Source: Myxococcota bacterium (GTDB lineage Bacteria; Myxococcota_A; Polyangia; Nannocystales; Nannocystaceae). Taken from it: DNA of 64,000 nt. Numbering within the stretch: position 1 is the stretch's first letter; the number at the start of each line of letters is the position of its first letter. Below, one piece after another: positions 1 through 14,319 of this stretch. The DNA is taken from assembly GCA_039028615.1 (NCBI GenBank), contig JBCCHT010000036.1:1-64000 (forward strand). The letters are read 5' to 3'. The translations under genes and the position numbers were made by a program. Under the pieces are notes generated by a model. It did no database searches and was not told the DNA's origin. It saw only the letters and a list, made by a program, of their open reading frames with translations.

Positions 1-644
1 GTCTTCTTCTTGGCGACCTTCTTCTTCGCGGCCTTCTTCTGCGCCGTCTTTTTCTTGGTCACCTTCTTCTTCGCGGCCTTCTTCTTGGTCGCTTTCTTCT
101 GTGCGGTGGCCTTCTTGGCGACCTTCTTCTTGGTCGTCTTCTTCTTGGCGGCCATCTTCTTCACCGCCTTCTTCTTGGTATGGGCGGGGCTGGCCTCGGC
201 TTGCGCGGGGCTGTCGTCGCTGGCCGCCGCCTCGTCGCCACCACCGTCCTCGGCGTCATCGGCCGGGGCTGCTTGCTCCGTCTCGGGAGGCGTGGCCGAT
301 TGCCAGATGCCAAAGGCACCGCCGGTCGGGTCGGCCAGCACGGCGAGGCTGCCTTGCGGCATGTCCTGACGGGGAACGATCACCGAGCCACCACCGCTGG
401 TGACCTTCTCGATGGTGTCGTCGACCGAGTCGACGTTGGCGTAGCCGAGCCAAGCGGTCGGCGCCCCGTCCATCGGGTTCTTTTGGATTCCGCCGATGAC
501 GTCTCCGTCGCTCGTGTTCACCATGGTGTACACGCCGTTGGGCATGGGCATCTCTTGGTACACCCAGCCAAAGACGTCGCTGTAGAACTTCTTGGCGGCC
601 TCGGGGTCCGAGGTACTGAGCTCCATATGTACGAACTTACTCAT
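1..644 (-). CDS. VOC/glyoxalase-bleomycin resistance family protein with C-terminal Lys/Ala-rich histone-like tail (3' end runs off window)
   Basis: Read manually; absent from the ORF track because there is no stop in the window. ATG at 644 follows GGCAGGAAGG. Translation MSKFVHMELSTSDPEAAKKFYSDVFGW...WLGYANVDSVDDTIEKV..GG.VIVP...LAVLADPTGGAFGIWQ has VOC motifs, then an acidic linker, then KKKAVKKMAAKKKTTKKKVAKK repeats. Confidence 0.85.
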   Translation of the reverse strand, partial: MSKFVHMELSTSDPEAAKKFYSDVFGWVYQEMPMPNGVYTMVNTSDGDVIGGIQKNPMDGAPTAWLGYANVDSVDDTIEKVTSGGGSVIVPRQDMPQGSLAVLADPTGGAFGIWQSATPPETEQAAPADDAEDGGGDEAAASDDSPAQAEASPAHTKKKAVKKMAAKKKTTKKKVAKKATAQKKATKKKAAKKKVTKKKTAQKKAAKKKVAKKK

Positions 645-1035
645 CTCGACCTTCCTGCCGCTCGCCAGTACGAGCGTCGCCGCAGAGGGTAGCCGAGTCG
701 GGCCGACTTTGAACGATCAAATTTCACTTCCGTGATCGAGGTCCGAGTCACCGTCGACCGGCAGGACGATCTCCACCCCGCCACCCTTCGGGACCCCGAC
801 CGACGCTGAAGGTTTCAGCCGATGTTCGACCCGTCACCCGAGGGTGCAGACGTTGGCCACGGCTCCACGACGCCGCGACCGGGATTCCCCCGGCTGCCCT
901 CGTCGAGACCCCGGTGGTCACCCGACAACCTTCGACCCCGGGCCGGGACCAAGGCTCGTCACGGGAGGCCATCCGGGGCCGACCGCCGTCGACCTCCGCT
1001 TGCCCCCGCCCTCGCAAACACCCGAATTCGGGCCT

Positions 1036-2277
1036 TTAGACGGCGTTCATGCGAATCCAGAGTCGGTCGGCCTCGGCCCGGGCGGCGGCTCGAATCCCAT
1101 TCATGTCGGCCCCGACCAGCGCCCCGTCCCGCACCACGACCCGGCCCGCCACCAGCACATGACGGACCTGCCCCCGTGCCTCCACCACCCGGAGGTCGGC
1201 ATGGACCGTTTCAGTCCCCGTGGGCAGGGCAAACCGCCCGCCGAAACGCTCGGCCGCCAGGGCATGGCCGGCCAGGGCCCGGCGGGCCACCGCGTCCGCA
1301 TCGTCGCCATGGGCTCGAGCGTGCTCGGCCAACGCGGCGGCTTCGTCCTCCATGACCGCAGGGTAGCCATCGGTCCCCAGCGCGACCTTTCGGCTCTGGG
1401 CCAGCGCCCGTGGATAGCCGACGCGGTTGCCATGGTTGCTTCGGGGGTTCTGGACGATCCACAGCCCGGCGTCCTCGGCCCGGGCGACCTGCTCGGCACT
1501 GAGGTCGAGACCATGGGCCACGATGGAGCCCGACGGCAGCGCCCCGAGCGCGAAGAGCCGCTCGAGCGGGCCCCCGTAGCCCCGCCGCTGGGCATCGACG
1601 TCATCGGCATGGTGAGCCGCGTCCTCGGCCACGTGCACGTGCATCACCGCCTCGAGCTCCCGGCACAACCGAGCGGCGTGCTCGAGGGTCTCGTCGGAAA
1701 CGGTGAACGCGGCATGGAGCGCGACCGCAGTCTCGATCCGGGCGCTGCGGCTGCGCCGAGCCAGGCGCCGACACTCCTCCAGACCGCGCCGGCCCTCGGC
1801 CGCCCCACCGTTGCGATCGGTGGCGCCGTAGCAGAGCAAGGCCCGGATCCCGAACTCGTCGCAGGCCTCGGCCAGCACGTCGAGCGAGCCCTCGATGAAG
1901 CCTGGCGACTCGTGGTGATCGATGAGCGTGGTGGTGCCCGCCAACAGCGATTCGGCCACGTACAGCCGTGCCGCGGCCCTCAGGCTGCCCGCGTCGAGCG
2001 CGCGATCGAGTCGCCACCACACCCGCTCGAGGATCTGGACGAAGGTCTCGGGCGGAGGCTCGGGCGCCGGCATGCCCAGCGGAGCCAACCCACTATAGAT
2101 GTGGGTATGGGCGTTGATGCGCCCCGACTCGATCGTCGCGTCGGCGCAGTCGAGGGTGTCGGCCTCGGCCGGCGGGGGCTCGCCTTCCAGGCGTCGGACC
2201 TGCTCCCCCACCACCAAAAAAGTCTGCCCCGAGCGGTCGGGGCCGAGCACGAGTGGACGGCCATCGGTCGAGCCCAT
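1036..2277 (-). CDS. ssnA: SsnA-like metal-dependent amidohydrolase
   Basis: NAHTHIYSGLA, WWRLDRALD, GTTTLIDHHESPGFIEGSL, CYGATDRN, HVHVAE and LGTDG closely resemble SsnA motifs. Confidence 0.75.
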   Translation of the reverse strand: MGSTDGRPLVLGPDRSGQTFLVVGEQVRRLEGEPPPAEADTLDCADATIESGRINAHTHIYSGLAPLGMPAPEPPPETFVQILERVWWRLDRALDAGSLRAAARLYVAESLLAGTTTLIDHHESPGFIEGSLDVLAEACDEFGIRALLCYGATDRNGGAAEGRRGLEECRRLARRSRSARIETAVALHAAFTVSDETLEHAARLCRELEAVMHVHVAEDAAHHADDVDAQRRGYGGPLERLFALGALPSGSIVAHGLDLSAEQVARAEDAGLWIVQNPRSNHGNRVGYPRALAQSRKVALGTDGYPAVMEDEAAALAEHARAHGDDADAVARRALAGHALAAERFGGRFALPTGTETVHADLRVVEARGQVRHVLVAGRVVVRDGALVGADMNGIRAAARAEADRLWIRMNAV

Positions 2278-2293
2278 CGAAGAGATCTCCCGC

Positions 2294-4933
<2,640 letters not shown>

Positions 4934-5037
4934 CTCCAGGCCTCCGGCCACATGGGCCGCGCCCAGCCTATCACGAGCGTCGGTGTTTCAGCGTTCGTCA
5001 ATGGTCCACCGCGCGTCGTCGACATCGGCGCGAAGGG

Positions 5038-6441
5038 TCAACGTTCACAACCGGTCAGCAGCACGCCGACGACCTCGCCCGATCGCACGCCGCCCTCGCG
5101 GTGCAGTTGCATGAGGCCGGCCACCCCCGCGGTCCCGGTGGCGCTGGCCCGAACGGAGGTGTGGCTGCGAACGGCCTGGTGGGCTGCGGTCAGGGTGCTC
5201 TCGTCCACCGTCAGCGGCCTGCCCCCCGTCCGGATCATCCCGTCGACGAGCGCCCACCAGTCGTAGGTCTCGTCGTCGAGGATCCCGTGCGCAACGCTGT
5301 GCGGCACCTGTTCCCAGGGCCACATGAACTCGTGGCGATGGGTGGCGGCGTAGCGAAGGACCTCGTCGATGGCTTCGGGCGGTCGGGCTCGGAGCCCGTC
5401 GGTGTGCTCGCGGGGGTCGGCCGGCGGTGAGTCCTCATCGGCCAGCCGTGCAGCCACGCGCTCGTAGGCCCGACGCAGCGGCCAGGCGCTGCCGGTTTGC
5501 ACCGTGTAAAGCCGCGGCATCGAGGGCAACACCCCCCACGCGACCGCATCTCGCAGCGCGTGCAGGCATGCGCTCGCAAGCGCGCCTCCGCCCACTTGCA
5601 CCACCACCGCGTCGAGTCGACCGGGGCCGCGGCGAACCTGATGGGCGAGCTCGTAGCCGAGGGTGAGCCCGCCCTCCACGGCCAGTCCGTTGTCGCTGCC
5701 CTGCACGCTGAAGGGCAAGGCTCCGCGGCCCAGCGCAGCCCGGAACGCGCGATAGCAGGGGTCACCGGGTTGACCGTCGCGGGGGCAGATCTGGACGTCG
5801 GCCGACAGCGTGCGCAGCCGATCCAGCACCGCCGGATCGGCATCCTCGGGGACAAAGACCGACAAGGGCCACCGCGCCGCGCGGGCCAGCACCGCGGCCG
5901 CGAGCGCAGCGTTGCCGCAGCTGGCGATGGCGAGCGGGCGACGCGGCTGTCCCGCGTCGACCAAGCCCAACGTCTCCGCCAGCCATAAGTGGATCAGCAC
6001 GCCCATCAGGTGCCGCGCCTTGTGGGATCCAGACACGTTGCGGGTCTCGTCCTTGGCCCATAGCTCGATACCCGGCGCGACGACCCGGACCAGCTCGGGC
6101 GCAGGACGTAGCGGCGTCAGGGCAAAACCGTGGCCGTCGACCTCGGCCACCGCATCGTCGAGCCGCTGCACCCCCGCGCGGAAGTCCGCCTCGCTCATCC
6201 CCGCCGCCGAGGCCCGATGCCAGGCCGACATGAGCGGGGCGAAGTCGAGGTAGGGATTGCCTTCGGGCGCGGGCGGAAATTCGGAGCGCTGCGGGTCGAT
6301 CCGCCGCACCAGCACGTGATCGATGTCGTCGTCCGGCGTCGCGACGGGACAGGCGAAAGGGTGCGCCCCCTGCATCGCCGCTCGATGGCCACAGCCCGAA
6401 CACTCGATCCATACCGGGGACGCGGACGACCCCGCGCTCAC
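5038..6441 (-). CDS. PLP-dependent fold-type II enzyme, threonine synthase-like
   Basis: KDETRNVSGSHKAR (PLP Lys), ASCGNAA, VQVGGGAL, C-terminal LLTG, N-terminal CxxC. Confidence 0.8.
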   Translation of the reverse strand: MSAGSSASPVWIECSGCGHRAAMQGAHPFACPVATPDDDIDHVLVRRIDPQRSEFPPAPEGNPYLDFAPLMSAWHRASAAGMSEADFRAGVQRLDDAVAEVDGHGFALTPLRPAPELVRVVAPGIELWAKDETRNVSGSHKARHLMGVLIHLWLAETLGLVDAGQPRRPLAIASCGNAALAAAVLARAARWPLSVFVPEDADPAVLDRLRTLSADVQICPRDGQPGDPCYRAFRAALGRGALPFSVQGSDNGLAVEGGLTLGYELAHQVRRGPGRLDAVVVQVGGGALASACLHALRDAVAWGVLPSMPRLYTVQTGSAWPLRRAYERVAARLADEDSPPADPREHTDGLRARPPEAIDEVLRYAATHRHEFMWPWEQVPHSVAHGILDDETYDWWALVDGMIRTGGRPLTVDESTLTAAHQAVRSHTSVRASATGTAGVAGLMQLHREGGVRSGEVVGVLLTGCER

Positions 6442-7499
6442 TCGACCGTCTCTCCCATCGCTTCGAGGGCTTCGCGGTCTTTATCGGCATCATCGGTGCG
6501 GCCCAGCTCCAACAGCAGTGCTCGCCGCTGGTGCCGAGCATCGGGAAACGCGGGGGCCATCTCGATGGCCCGATCGTAGTCGGCCAGCGCGGCCTTGGTC
6601 GTGCCCATCGCCTGGTGCACCCAGCCGCGATGGCTGAACAAGGTCGGGTCCTCGGGGTCCAGCTCGATCGCGCGATCGAGATCGGCGAGCGCCTCGGCGT
6701 GTTTGTCTTGCTCGTAGCGAGCCAGCGCTCGCATCGTGTGGGCTTCGGCCGAGCCATCGTCTAGCTCGATCGCCACATCGAGGGTCATCTCGGCCTCGGC
6801 CGGTCGATCGAGCTGCAGCAGCAGTCGCGACTGCGAGACCAACGGATCGGCCTGCTCGGGAAAGCGCTCGACCAGCGCCATCGAAGCCTCCATCGCCGCC
6901 TGCGGATCGCCCTTTTCGACGTACACGTCACGGCGCGCGTCCAGGATGGCGAAGATGGCATCGGGGCTCTGCGCCGACTCGAGGGCGATGCGGAGGTCGT
7001 CGAGCGCTTCGTCGTGTTTGTCTTGCCCGCGGCGGGCGAGGTGTCGATTCCAGCGGCTGAGCTCGCTCGACGCGTCGCGCTCCAGGTCCTCGGAGAACCA
7101 AGCTTCGGCCTCGGCATGGCGGGACAGCGCCAGTGCGCACTGCCCCCGGTCGAACGCCAGCTCCGCAAGCGGACCGAGCTTCGCCGCCTGCTCGAAGGCC
7201 TCGAGCGCCGACTCGAACTGCCCCATCGCATAAAGGGCTCGCCCGCGCTGGGCCACGTGCTCGGGCTCGTCGGGCTGGAGCCGAGCCGCCTCGTCGAGGT
7301 CGGCCACGGTCCCCGCGGCATCCCCCAGCTCGGCGCGTACCCCCGCTCGCGCGACCCGAGCCGCCACGAAGTCGGGCGCCAGCTTCAGCGCCTCGTCGAG
7401 CTTGGGCAGGGCCTCGACCCACTGTCCCTGCTCGATGCTGGCCTTGGCCTCGGCGAACAAGTGCTCGGCCGAGAGCGTGGTTTCGGATTCATCGGTCAT
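6438..7499 (-). CDS. Tetratricopeptide repeat protein
   Basis: Multiple TPR-like units (EALADLDRAIELDP, AALADYDRAIEMAP); stop overlaps the next start (GTGA). Confidence 0.85.
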   Translation of the reverse strand: MTDESETTLSAEHLFAEAKASIEQGQWVEALPKLDEALKLAPDFVAARVARAGVRAELGDAAGTVADLDEAARLQPDEPEHVAQRGRALYAMGQFESALEAFEQAAKLGPLAELAFDRGQCALALSRHAEAEAWFSEDLERDASSELSRWNRHLARRGQDKHDEALDDLRIALESAQSPDAIFAILDARRDVYVEKGDPQAAMEASMALVERFPEQADPLVSQSRLLLQLDRPAEAEMTLDVAIELDDGSAEAHTMRALARYEQDKHAEALADLDRAIELDPEDPTLFSHRGWVHQAMGTTKAALADYDRAIEMAPAFPDARHQRRALLLELGRTDDADKDREALEAMGETVE

Positions 7500-7508
7500 G
7501 GCGAAGCC

Positions 7509-8998
<1,490 letters not shown>

Positions 8999-9002
<4 letters not shown>

Positions 9003-9958
9003 GGATTCTGTCCTTTGTCGTCCTCGTCACCCGGGAGGACGGCGCCGGTCCGCTCGACGATCATGCCGTAGGCATGGGGCTGGCGGTGCTTGGCGAAGTC
9101 GAAGACGGAGTCTTTGTAGGAGTTGCACAGGTCGAGGTCGCAGCGCGCCACCGCGAGTTCATCGCCCCGGGTGGAGCACACCGCCACGATCTCACCCGTG
9201 GGCGCGATGATGCAGCTGCCCCCGATCATCTCGCAGCCCTCTTCCAGACCGGCCTTGGCCACGCCCACCACCCAGGTGCCGTTTTGGTAGGCGCCGGCCT
9301 GCATCACCAGGTGATTGTGGAAGTCGCCCAGGCGATCGTGCTCGGGCGCGGGCGGGTTGTGGACCGGCGTGTTGTAGCCGATGAGCACCAGCTCCACGCC
9401 TTGCAGCCCGAGCACGCGATAGGTCTCCGACCAGCGACGGTCGTTGCAGATGGCCATGCCCACCACGCCCCCGAAGGCCCGCGCGGCCGTGAACCCGTCG
9501 CCCGGCTCGAAGTAGCGCTTCTCGAGGTGTTGAAAGCGGCGCCAGGGTTCGTGCTCGGCATGCCCGGGCAGGTGCACCTTGCGATACTTGGCCACGATGG
9601 TCCCGGTGGCATCGACCAGGATGGAGCAGTTGAAGCGACGCTTGCGGCCGCCTTCGTGGCACAGCTCGGCGTAGCCGAGGCAGAAGCCCACCTTCAGCCG
9701 CTTGGCTTCGTCGAAGAGCGGGGCCGTGTCCGGCCCGGGCATCTGCGCCTCATAGAACGGATCGAGCTGGGCCTCGTCCTCGAAAAACCACCGCGGGAAG
9801 AAGGTGGTGAGGGCCAGCTCGGGAAACATCACCAGCTGGGCCCCCATGGCGGCGGCGTCTCGAAGGAGCACCAGCATGCGCTCGACCACCTGCGCCCGGG
9901 TATCGGCGCGCTGGATCGGGCCGAGCTGCGCGGCGGCAATGTTCAAAAATCGCGGCAT
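8999..9958 (-). CDS. N-carbamoyl-D-amino-acid amidohydrolase (nitrilase superfamily)
   Basis: [13 protein letters not shown] (Glu), [10 protein letters not shown] (Lys), ICNDRRW (Cys) triad; [16 protein letters not shown]. Confidence 0.9.
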
Positions 9959-9977
9959 GACGACGACTCGGTGGGGG

Positions 9978-10901
9978 CTAGACCTTGGTCCGTCCGTCCG
10001 CGATCGTCACCTGGTAGACCTTGCTGCGCGGTGTGCCTTCGGCCACCAGCGCCTTGGCCTTGGCCAGCTCTTCGTCGATGAGCTTGCGGAAGTTCTCTGG
10101 CGGCTGCGCCCCCGACAGGAACCGGCCGTTGATGAAGAACGCCGGGGTCCCGCGGGCCCCGATGGCGACGCCCTCGGTTTGATCGTGGAGGACGGCCTTG
10201 CGGATCGCGGGGTCTTCCAGGTCGGCCTTGAAACGACGCATCTTGAGCTTGAGCTTCTTCGCGTACTTCAGGATGTCGTCGTCGGTCAGCTCCTTGTTGT
10301 TGGCGAAGAGCTTGTCGTTCATCTCCCAGAACTTGCCCTGGCGCCCCGCCGCGTGGGCAGCGATGGCCGCGGGCATGGCCCGAGGATGGAAGCCCAGCGG
10401 GTTGTTCTTGTGCACCAGGCGCAGGTTCTTGCCGTACTCCTTGCGCATCATCTCGAGCGTGGTCTGGACCCGGGCACAGTACGGACACTGGTAGTCCGTC
10501 CACATCACGATGGTCACCAGCGCGTTCGGGTTGCCCAGCACGGGCGAGTCGCCGACCTTCACCCGGTAGACCGCCGCGGGATCGGGGCGACCCGGCCGCG
10601 GTCGATCGGCCACCTTCCGGGCCTTCTCCTCCTGCTCGGCCAGCGTGCCCTCGACGGCGTTCATCCGCTTCGCGACGTCGATGAGCCCTTCTTCGATGAT
10701 CCCCAGCTCGGCGCTCTGCTGGTCGTCGCGCTGGGCCATCGCGTCGAGCCGCTGTCCGAGCTTCTCTTGCTCGGCGCGGATGTCCGTCAGGGTGGCCTGC
10801 ATGGCCGCCATCTCGGCCTTCGATGGGCGGCACGCGGCGGCGAGGGTCAACAGCGAGAACGAGACGACGAGCGTGGACGGTTGAAGCAGGCGGGCAGGCA
10901 T
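9978..10901 (-). CDS. DsbA-family thioredoxin-fold lipoprotein with N-terminal coiled coil
   Basis: LAAAC lipobox, DYQCPYC active site, GTPAFFING, GAQP; start codon inferred. Confidence 0.85.
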   Translation of the reverse strand: MPARLLQPSTLVVSFSLLTLAAACRPSKAEMAAMQATLTDIRAEQEKLGQRLDAMAQRDDQQSAELGIIEEGLIDVAKRMNAVEGTLAEQEEKARKVADRPRPGRPDPAAVYRVKVGDSPVLGNPNALVTIVMWTDYQCPYCARVQTTLEMMRKEYGKNLRLVHKNNPLGFHPRAMPAAIAAHAAGRQGKFWEMNDKLFANNKELTDDDILKYAKKLKLKMRRFKADLEDPAIRKAVLHDQTEGVAIGARGTPAFFINGRFLSGAQPPENFRKLIDEELAKAKALVAEGTPRSKVYQVTIADGRTKV

Positions 10902-10991
10902 CGAGCCCGGTAGCTCACCACGGGCAGCGGCCTGCCGTAAAGGACCGGTCTGGGGCGGCACACGCGACCGTGGACGTGGGGTCCCGGCCCC

Positions 10992-12215
10992 TCAGCCCGC
11001 GAGCCCACGCAGCACCTCGAGCAGAACGTTGGCTCCGGCTTCGAGGTCGGCCGGCTCGGTGTGCTCGCGAACGTTGTGACTGATGCCACCCACGCTGGGC
11101 ACGAAGATCATGGCCGCGGGGCAGATCCGAGCGAGCATCTGGGCATCGTGCCCCGCCCCGCTGGGCATGCGCCGCGTGGACAATCCCCGCCCCTGCGCCG
11201 CCGCTTCGACTCGATCGACCAGCCCGGGATCGAAGTCCACTGGCTCGAAGCGCGCCAAGCTGCGACGGGTCACCGTGACGCCTTCTTCGGCGGCCAGCCG
11301 CTCGAGTTCGGCGTGGACCCGCCTCTCGGCTTCGGCCAGGGCCGTCTCGTTGGTGTTGCGCAGGTCGATGGTGAACGTCGCCTGATTGGGAATGACGTTG
11401 ACCAGATCGGGTCGCAGCGACAGCCGCCCGACGGTGGCAATCTGGTCGCCCCCCATCTCGCGCGCCAGCTGCCGCACGAACGCGATCATGCTGCCCGCCA
11501 CGAAGCCCGCGTCGTGACGCAGCGCCATAGGGGTGGTGCCCGCGTGGTTCGACACGCCGCGCACCGTGACCTCGGTCCACGAGATGCCCTGCACGCCCTG
11601 CACGACCCCGATCTGCACGCCTTCGCGCTCGAGCACCGGGCCCTGCTCGATGTGCAGCTCGACGTAGGCATGCGGAGCTTCGATGGAATCGGTGCCTGCG
11701 TAGCCGATGCGGTCGAGCTCGGCCCCCACGGTCGCGCCGTCGATGCCCACCGCCGCCCTCGCCTCCTGCAGCGCCATGCCGCCCACGAACACCAGGCTGC
11801 CCATCATGTCGGGGGCAAAGCGGGCGCCTTCTTCGTTGGTGAAGTACGCCACCGCGATCGGTCGCCGCGGCTTCACCCCGGCGTCGCGTAGGGTCTCGAT
11901 GACCTCCAGTCCGGCCAGGACCCCGAGGTTGCCGTCGTAGAGCCCGCCCGTGCGCACGGTGTCGATGTGGGATCCGGTCATCACCGCGGGACCGGGCTCG
12001 GTGCCCGCCCAAGTCCCCACCACGTTGCCGATCCCGTCGATGCGCACCTGTAGGCCGAGCTGCTGCATCCAATCGCGCACCAGGTCGCGTCCGCGATGGT
12101 CCTCGTCGGACAGCGCCAACCGACACGACCCACCGCCCTCGATGCCGCCCACCTGGCCCAGCGCGCGCAGGCGTTGGAGGAGCCGGTCGATATCGATGCC
12201 CAAGGTCGCGTTCAT
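10992..12215 (-). CDS. M20-family Zn amidohydrolase (N-carbamoyl-L-amino-acid/allantoate amidohydrolase-like)
   Basis: GSHIDTV, GLYDGNLG, NEEGARF, ELHIEQGPVLE, NHAGTTPM, SGAGHDAQ, SHN; start reset to MNATLG. Confidence 0.9.
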   Translation of the reverse strand: MNATLGIDIDRLLQRLRALGQVGGIEGGGSCRLALSDEDHRGRDLVRDWMQQLGLQVRIDGIGNVVGTWAGTEPGPAVMTGSHIDTVRTGGLYDGNLGVLAGLEVIETLRDAGVKPRRPIAVAYFTNEEGARFAPDMMGSLVFVGGMALQEARAAVGIDGATVGAELDRIGYAGTDSIEAPHAYVELHIEQGPVLEREGVQIGVVQGVQGISWTEVTVRGVSNHAGTTPMALRHDAGFVAGSMIAFVRQLAREMGGDQIATVGRLSLRPDLVNVIPNQATFTIDLRNTNETALAEAERRVHAELERLAAEEGVTVTRRSLARFEPVDFDPGLVDRVEAAAQGRGLSTRRMPSGAGHDAQMLARICPAAMIFVPSVGGISHNVREHTEPADLEAGANVLLEVLRGLAG

Positions 12216-12247
12216 GACGGTCGAGACGACCGAAGGATACCCGGCCC

Positions 12248-13099
12248 TCAGCGCGCCCGGTAGACGGCGGCGTACTCCAGCAGGTCCTTGTTCTCGAGGA
12301 TCGTGCCGTGGGGAAGCTCGCTCGCGCCCCGAGCCGAGACCTCGAGCATGGCCCGCCCGATGTCCGTGGATCGGGTGGCAAAATCGACCGGCGAGAACAC
12401 GGCATGGACGGCGTCGTGCCACCACCGTGCGCGCTCGCCCGACGGCGCCACATACGTCGGCCGATACGCCACGACCCGGATGTTCGAGTCGCGAGCCAGC
12501 GCCATGATTTCTCGCTCGGCGCGGGCCTTTTCGCGTGCCCAGTGCTGCCACGAGCCCTCGTCGCTGCCCTGCCCCGTCACGAGATGGAACGAGCGCTCGC
12601 CCTCGCCCGCCTGCTCGAGCCACTGCCGGACGAACGCGAGCGGATAGTCGACGTGGATGACGCTGTACTCGGCATCGTTCACGTTCGCGGCCGAGGTGCC
12701 CAGCGCCCAGTACACGGCATCGACCTGCGGCAGGATGTCCGCGATCGCGGCGTAGTCCGCGTAGTCGCGGTGCTCGTGGACCTCGACGGTGCCCCTCGCC
12801 ACGCCCTCGTCGATCCGGGAGGTCGTGCGCCGCGTGGCCACGTGAATCTGCTGCACTCCCGGGTCTGCGAGGAGCGCTTCGAGCACGCCATCTCCCACCG
12901 TCCCGCTGGCGCCGAAGACCGCCACCACCCGGTGGCGCGCAGAATCGAGGCTCGGGTCGGCCGCGGGCGTCCGCCCGGGGATGAACCCGTAGACGATCAT
13001 CCCTACCACCATGAGCAGCAACAACCCGCCGAGCACTCGCGGCCAGCGGCGTCGCCGGGGTTTCGGCTGCGGTTCGGGTATGTCCTCGTTATCCGTCAT
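12248..13099 (-). CDS. Membrane-anchored NAD(P)-binding Rossmann (atypical SDR) protein
   Basis: TM segment VLGGLLLLMVVGMIVYGF, then VAVFGASGTVG, DAVYWALG, YRP; start overlaps the upstream stop (ATGA). Confidence 0.75.
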   Translation of the reverse strand: MTDNEDIPEPQPKPRRRRWPRVLGGLLLLMVVGMIVYGFIPGRTPAADPSLDSARHRVVAVFGASGTVGDGVLEALLADPGVQQIHVATRRTTSRIDEGVARGTVEVHEHRDYADYAAIADILPQVDAVYWALGTSAANVNDAEYSVIHVDYPLAFVRQWLEQAGEGERSFHLVTGQGSDEGSWQHWAREKARAEREIMALARDSNIRVVAYRPTYVAPSGERARWWHDAVHAVFSPVDFATRSTDIGRAMLEVSARGASELPHGTILENKDLLEYAAVYRAR

Positions 13100-14319
13100 G
13101 GCGATGACCTCGGGTGTGGCGTGGTCGGAGCGTCGTCCGCGTCGGGGCGCCCAGGGGCGAACCGCTCGAACAACGCATCGTGGTCCATCCGGTCGTCCCG
13201 GTCCCCCTTGCGCGTGGCTCGGATCGGGTTTTGGTCCTCGGTCTGCCAGCGGATATCCGGCCACCATCGCGTGGTCGCCTCGAGCGTGGCCAGCTCGATG
13301 CTCTCCCCCGGTCGCGGCGTGGCCACGCGGACCCCGATGGCCTTCGCCTTCGCGTGCACCCGCTCGATGGGCTCGGTCCAGCCGTGGGGCGCGAGGCGAA
13401 ACAAGCCCCAGTGAATGGGCAGCAGCGCGCGTCCGCGAACCATCAGGTGCGCGAGTACGGCCTGCTCGGGGCCGAGGTGCCAGTCCGGCCAGTTGTCGTC
13501 GTAGGCCCCGACCTCGATCATCGTCAGATCGAAGGGGCCGTACGTGGTGCCGATGGTCTCCATCGCGGGAAACAGCCCGGTATCGCCCGAGAAGTACACG
13601 CGGTGTTCGTCGCCCAAAAGGGCGTAGCCGGCCCACAGGGTGCGATCGCGGGTGACCATGCGGCGGCCCGAGGCATGCCGAGACGGCACGCAGGCGATGC
13701 GCACTCCGCCGAGGTCGACCTCGTCCCACCAGTCGACCTCGGTGATGCGCTCGGTGGGCACGCCCCATCGCTCGAGGTGACCGCCGACCCCCAGCGGCAC
13801 GATGAAGCGCGTCTGCCAGGCCGCGATCCGACCGATGGTGTCGTGGCCGAGGTGGTCGTAGTGGTCGTGGGAGATCAGCACCGCGTCCACGGCCGGGACT
13901 TCCTCCAGGGGCAACGGGGGTGCGTACCAGCGCTTGGGTCCGGCATGGCGAAACGGAGAGCTCCGGGGGCCCCAGTGCGGATCGGTGAGCACCCGCTTGC
14001 CATCGATCTCGAGCAGCACGGACGAATGCCCGAGCCAGGTCGCACGCAGGCCCGACGCGGGCGGCTGCGCGAACTCTTCGCCGCGGCGGCTCACCACGGG
14101 GAGCGGCTGTTCGGGCTCGGTCTGGATGCCCCGTGGCGCCCCCCGCAGGACGCCCACGACCTTGATGTACATCGGCTCCGGGTTGCGGAACTTCCGTTGT
14201 TCGAACTGAGGCGACTGGCGGAGCTGCGCCCGCTCGGCCCGGCGAGGCACCCGACCGAAGCCGATGCAGCCGGTCGTGGCGAGCGCGAGAACGAAGAGTC
14301 CGAGCCTCATGGAAATCAT
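13096..14319 (-). CDS. MBL-fold metallohydrolase lipoprotein (NAPE-PLD/RomA-like)
   Basis: LATTGC lipobox-like; TWLGHSS, LTDPHW, ISHDHYDHL, YFSGDTG, PIHWG. Confidence 0.85.
   Translation of the reverse strand: MISMRLGLFVLALATTGCIGFGRVPRRAERAQLRQSPQFEQRKFRNPEPMYIKVVGVLRGAPRGIQTEPEQPLPVVSRRGEEFAQPPASGLRATWLGHSSVLLEIDGKRVLTDPHWGPRSSPFRHAGPKRWYAPPLPLEEVPAVDAVLISHDHYDHLGHDTIGRIAAWQTRFIVPLGVGGHLERWGVPTERITEVDWWDEVDLGGVRIACVPSRHASGRRMVTRDRTLWAGYALLGDEHRVYFSGDTGLFPAMETIGTTYGPFDLTMIEVGAYDDNWPDWHLGPEQAVLAHLMVRGRALLPIHWGLFRLAPHGWTEPIERVHAKAKAIGVRVATPRPGESIELATLEATTRWWPDIRWQTEDQNPIRATRKGDRDDRMDHDALFERFAPGRPDADDAPTTPHPRSSP

Noticed and set aside
10..369. Phe-rich 'membrane' ORF on the + strand
   Set aside because: It is the reverse complement of the Lys-rich tail of the minus-strand VOC gene
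692..1035. Intergenic region with scattered TCGACC motifs
   Set aside because: No consistent period, convincing structure or credible ORF
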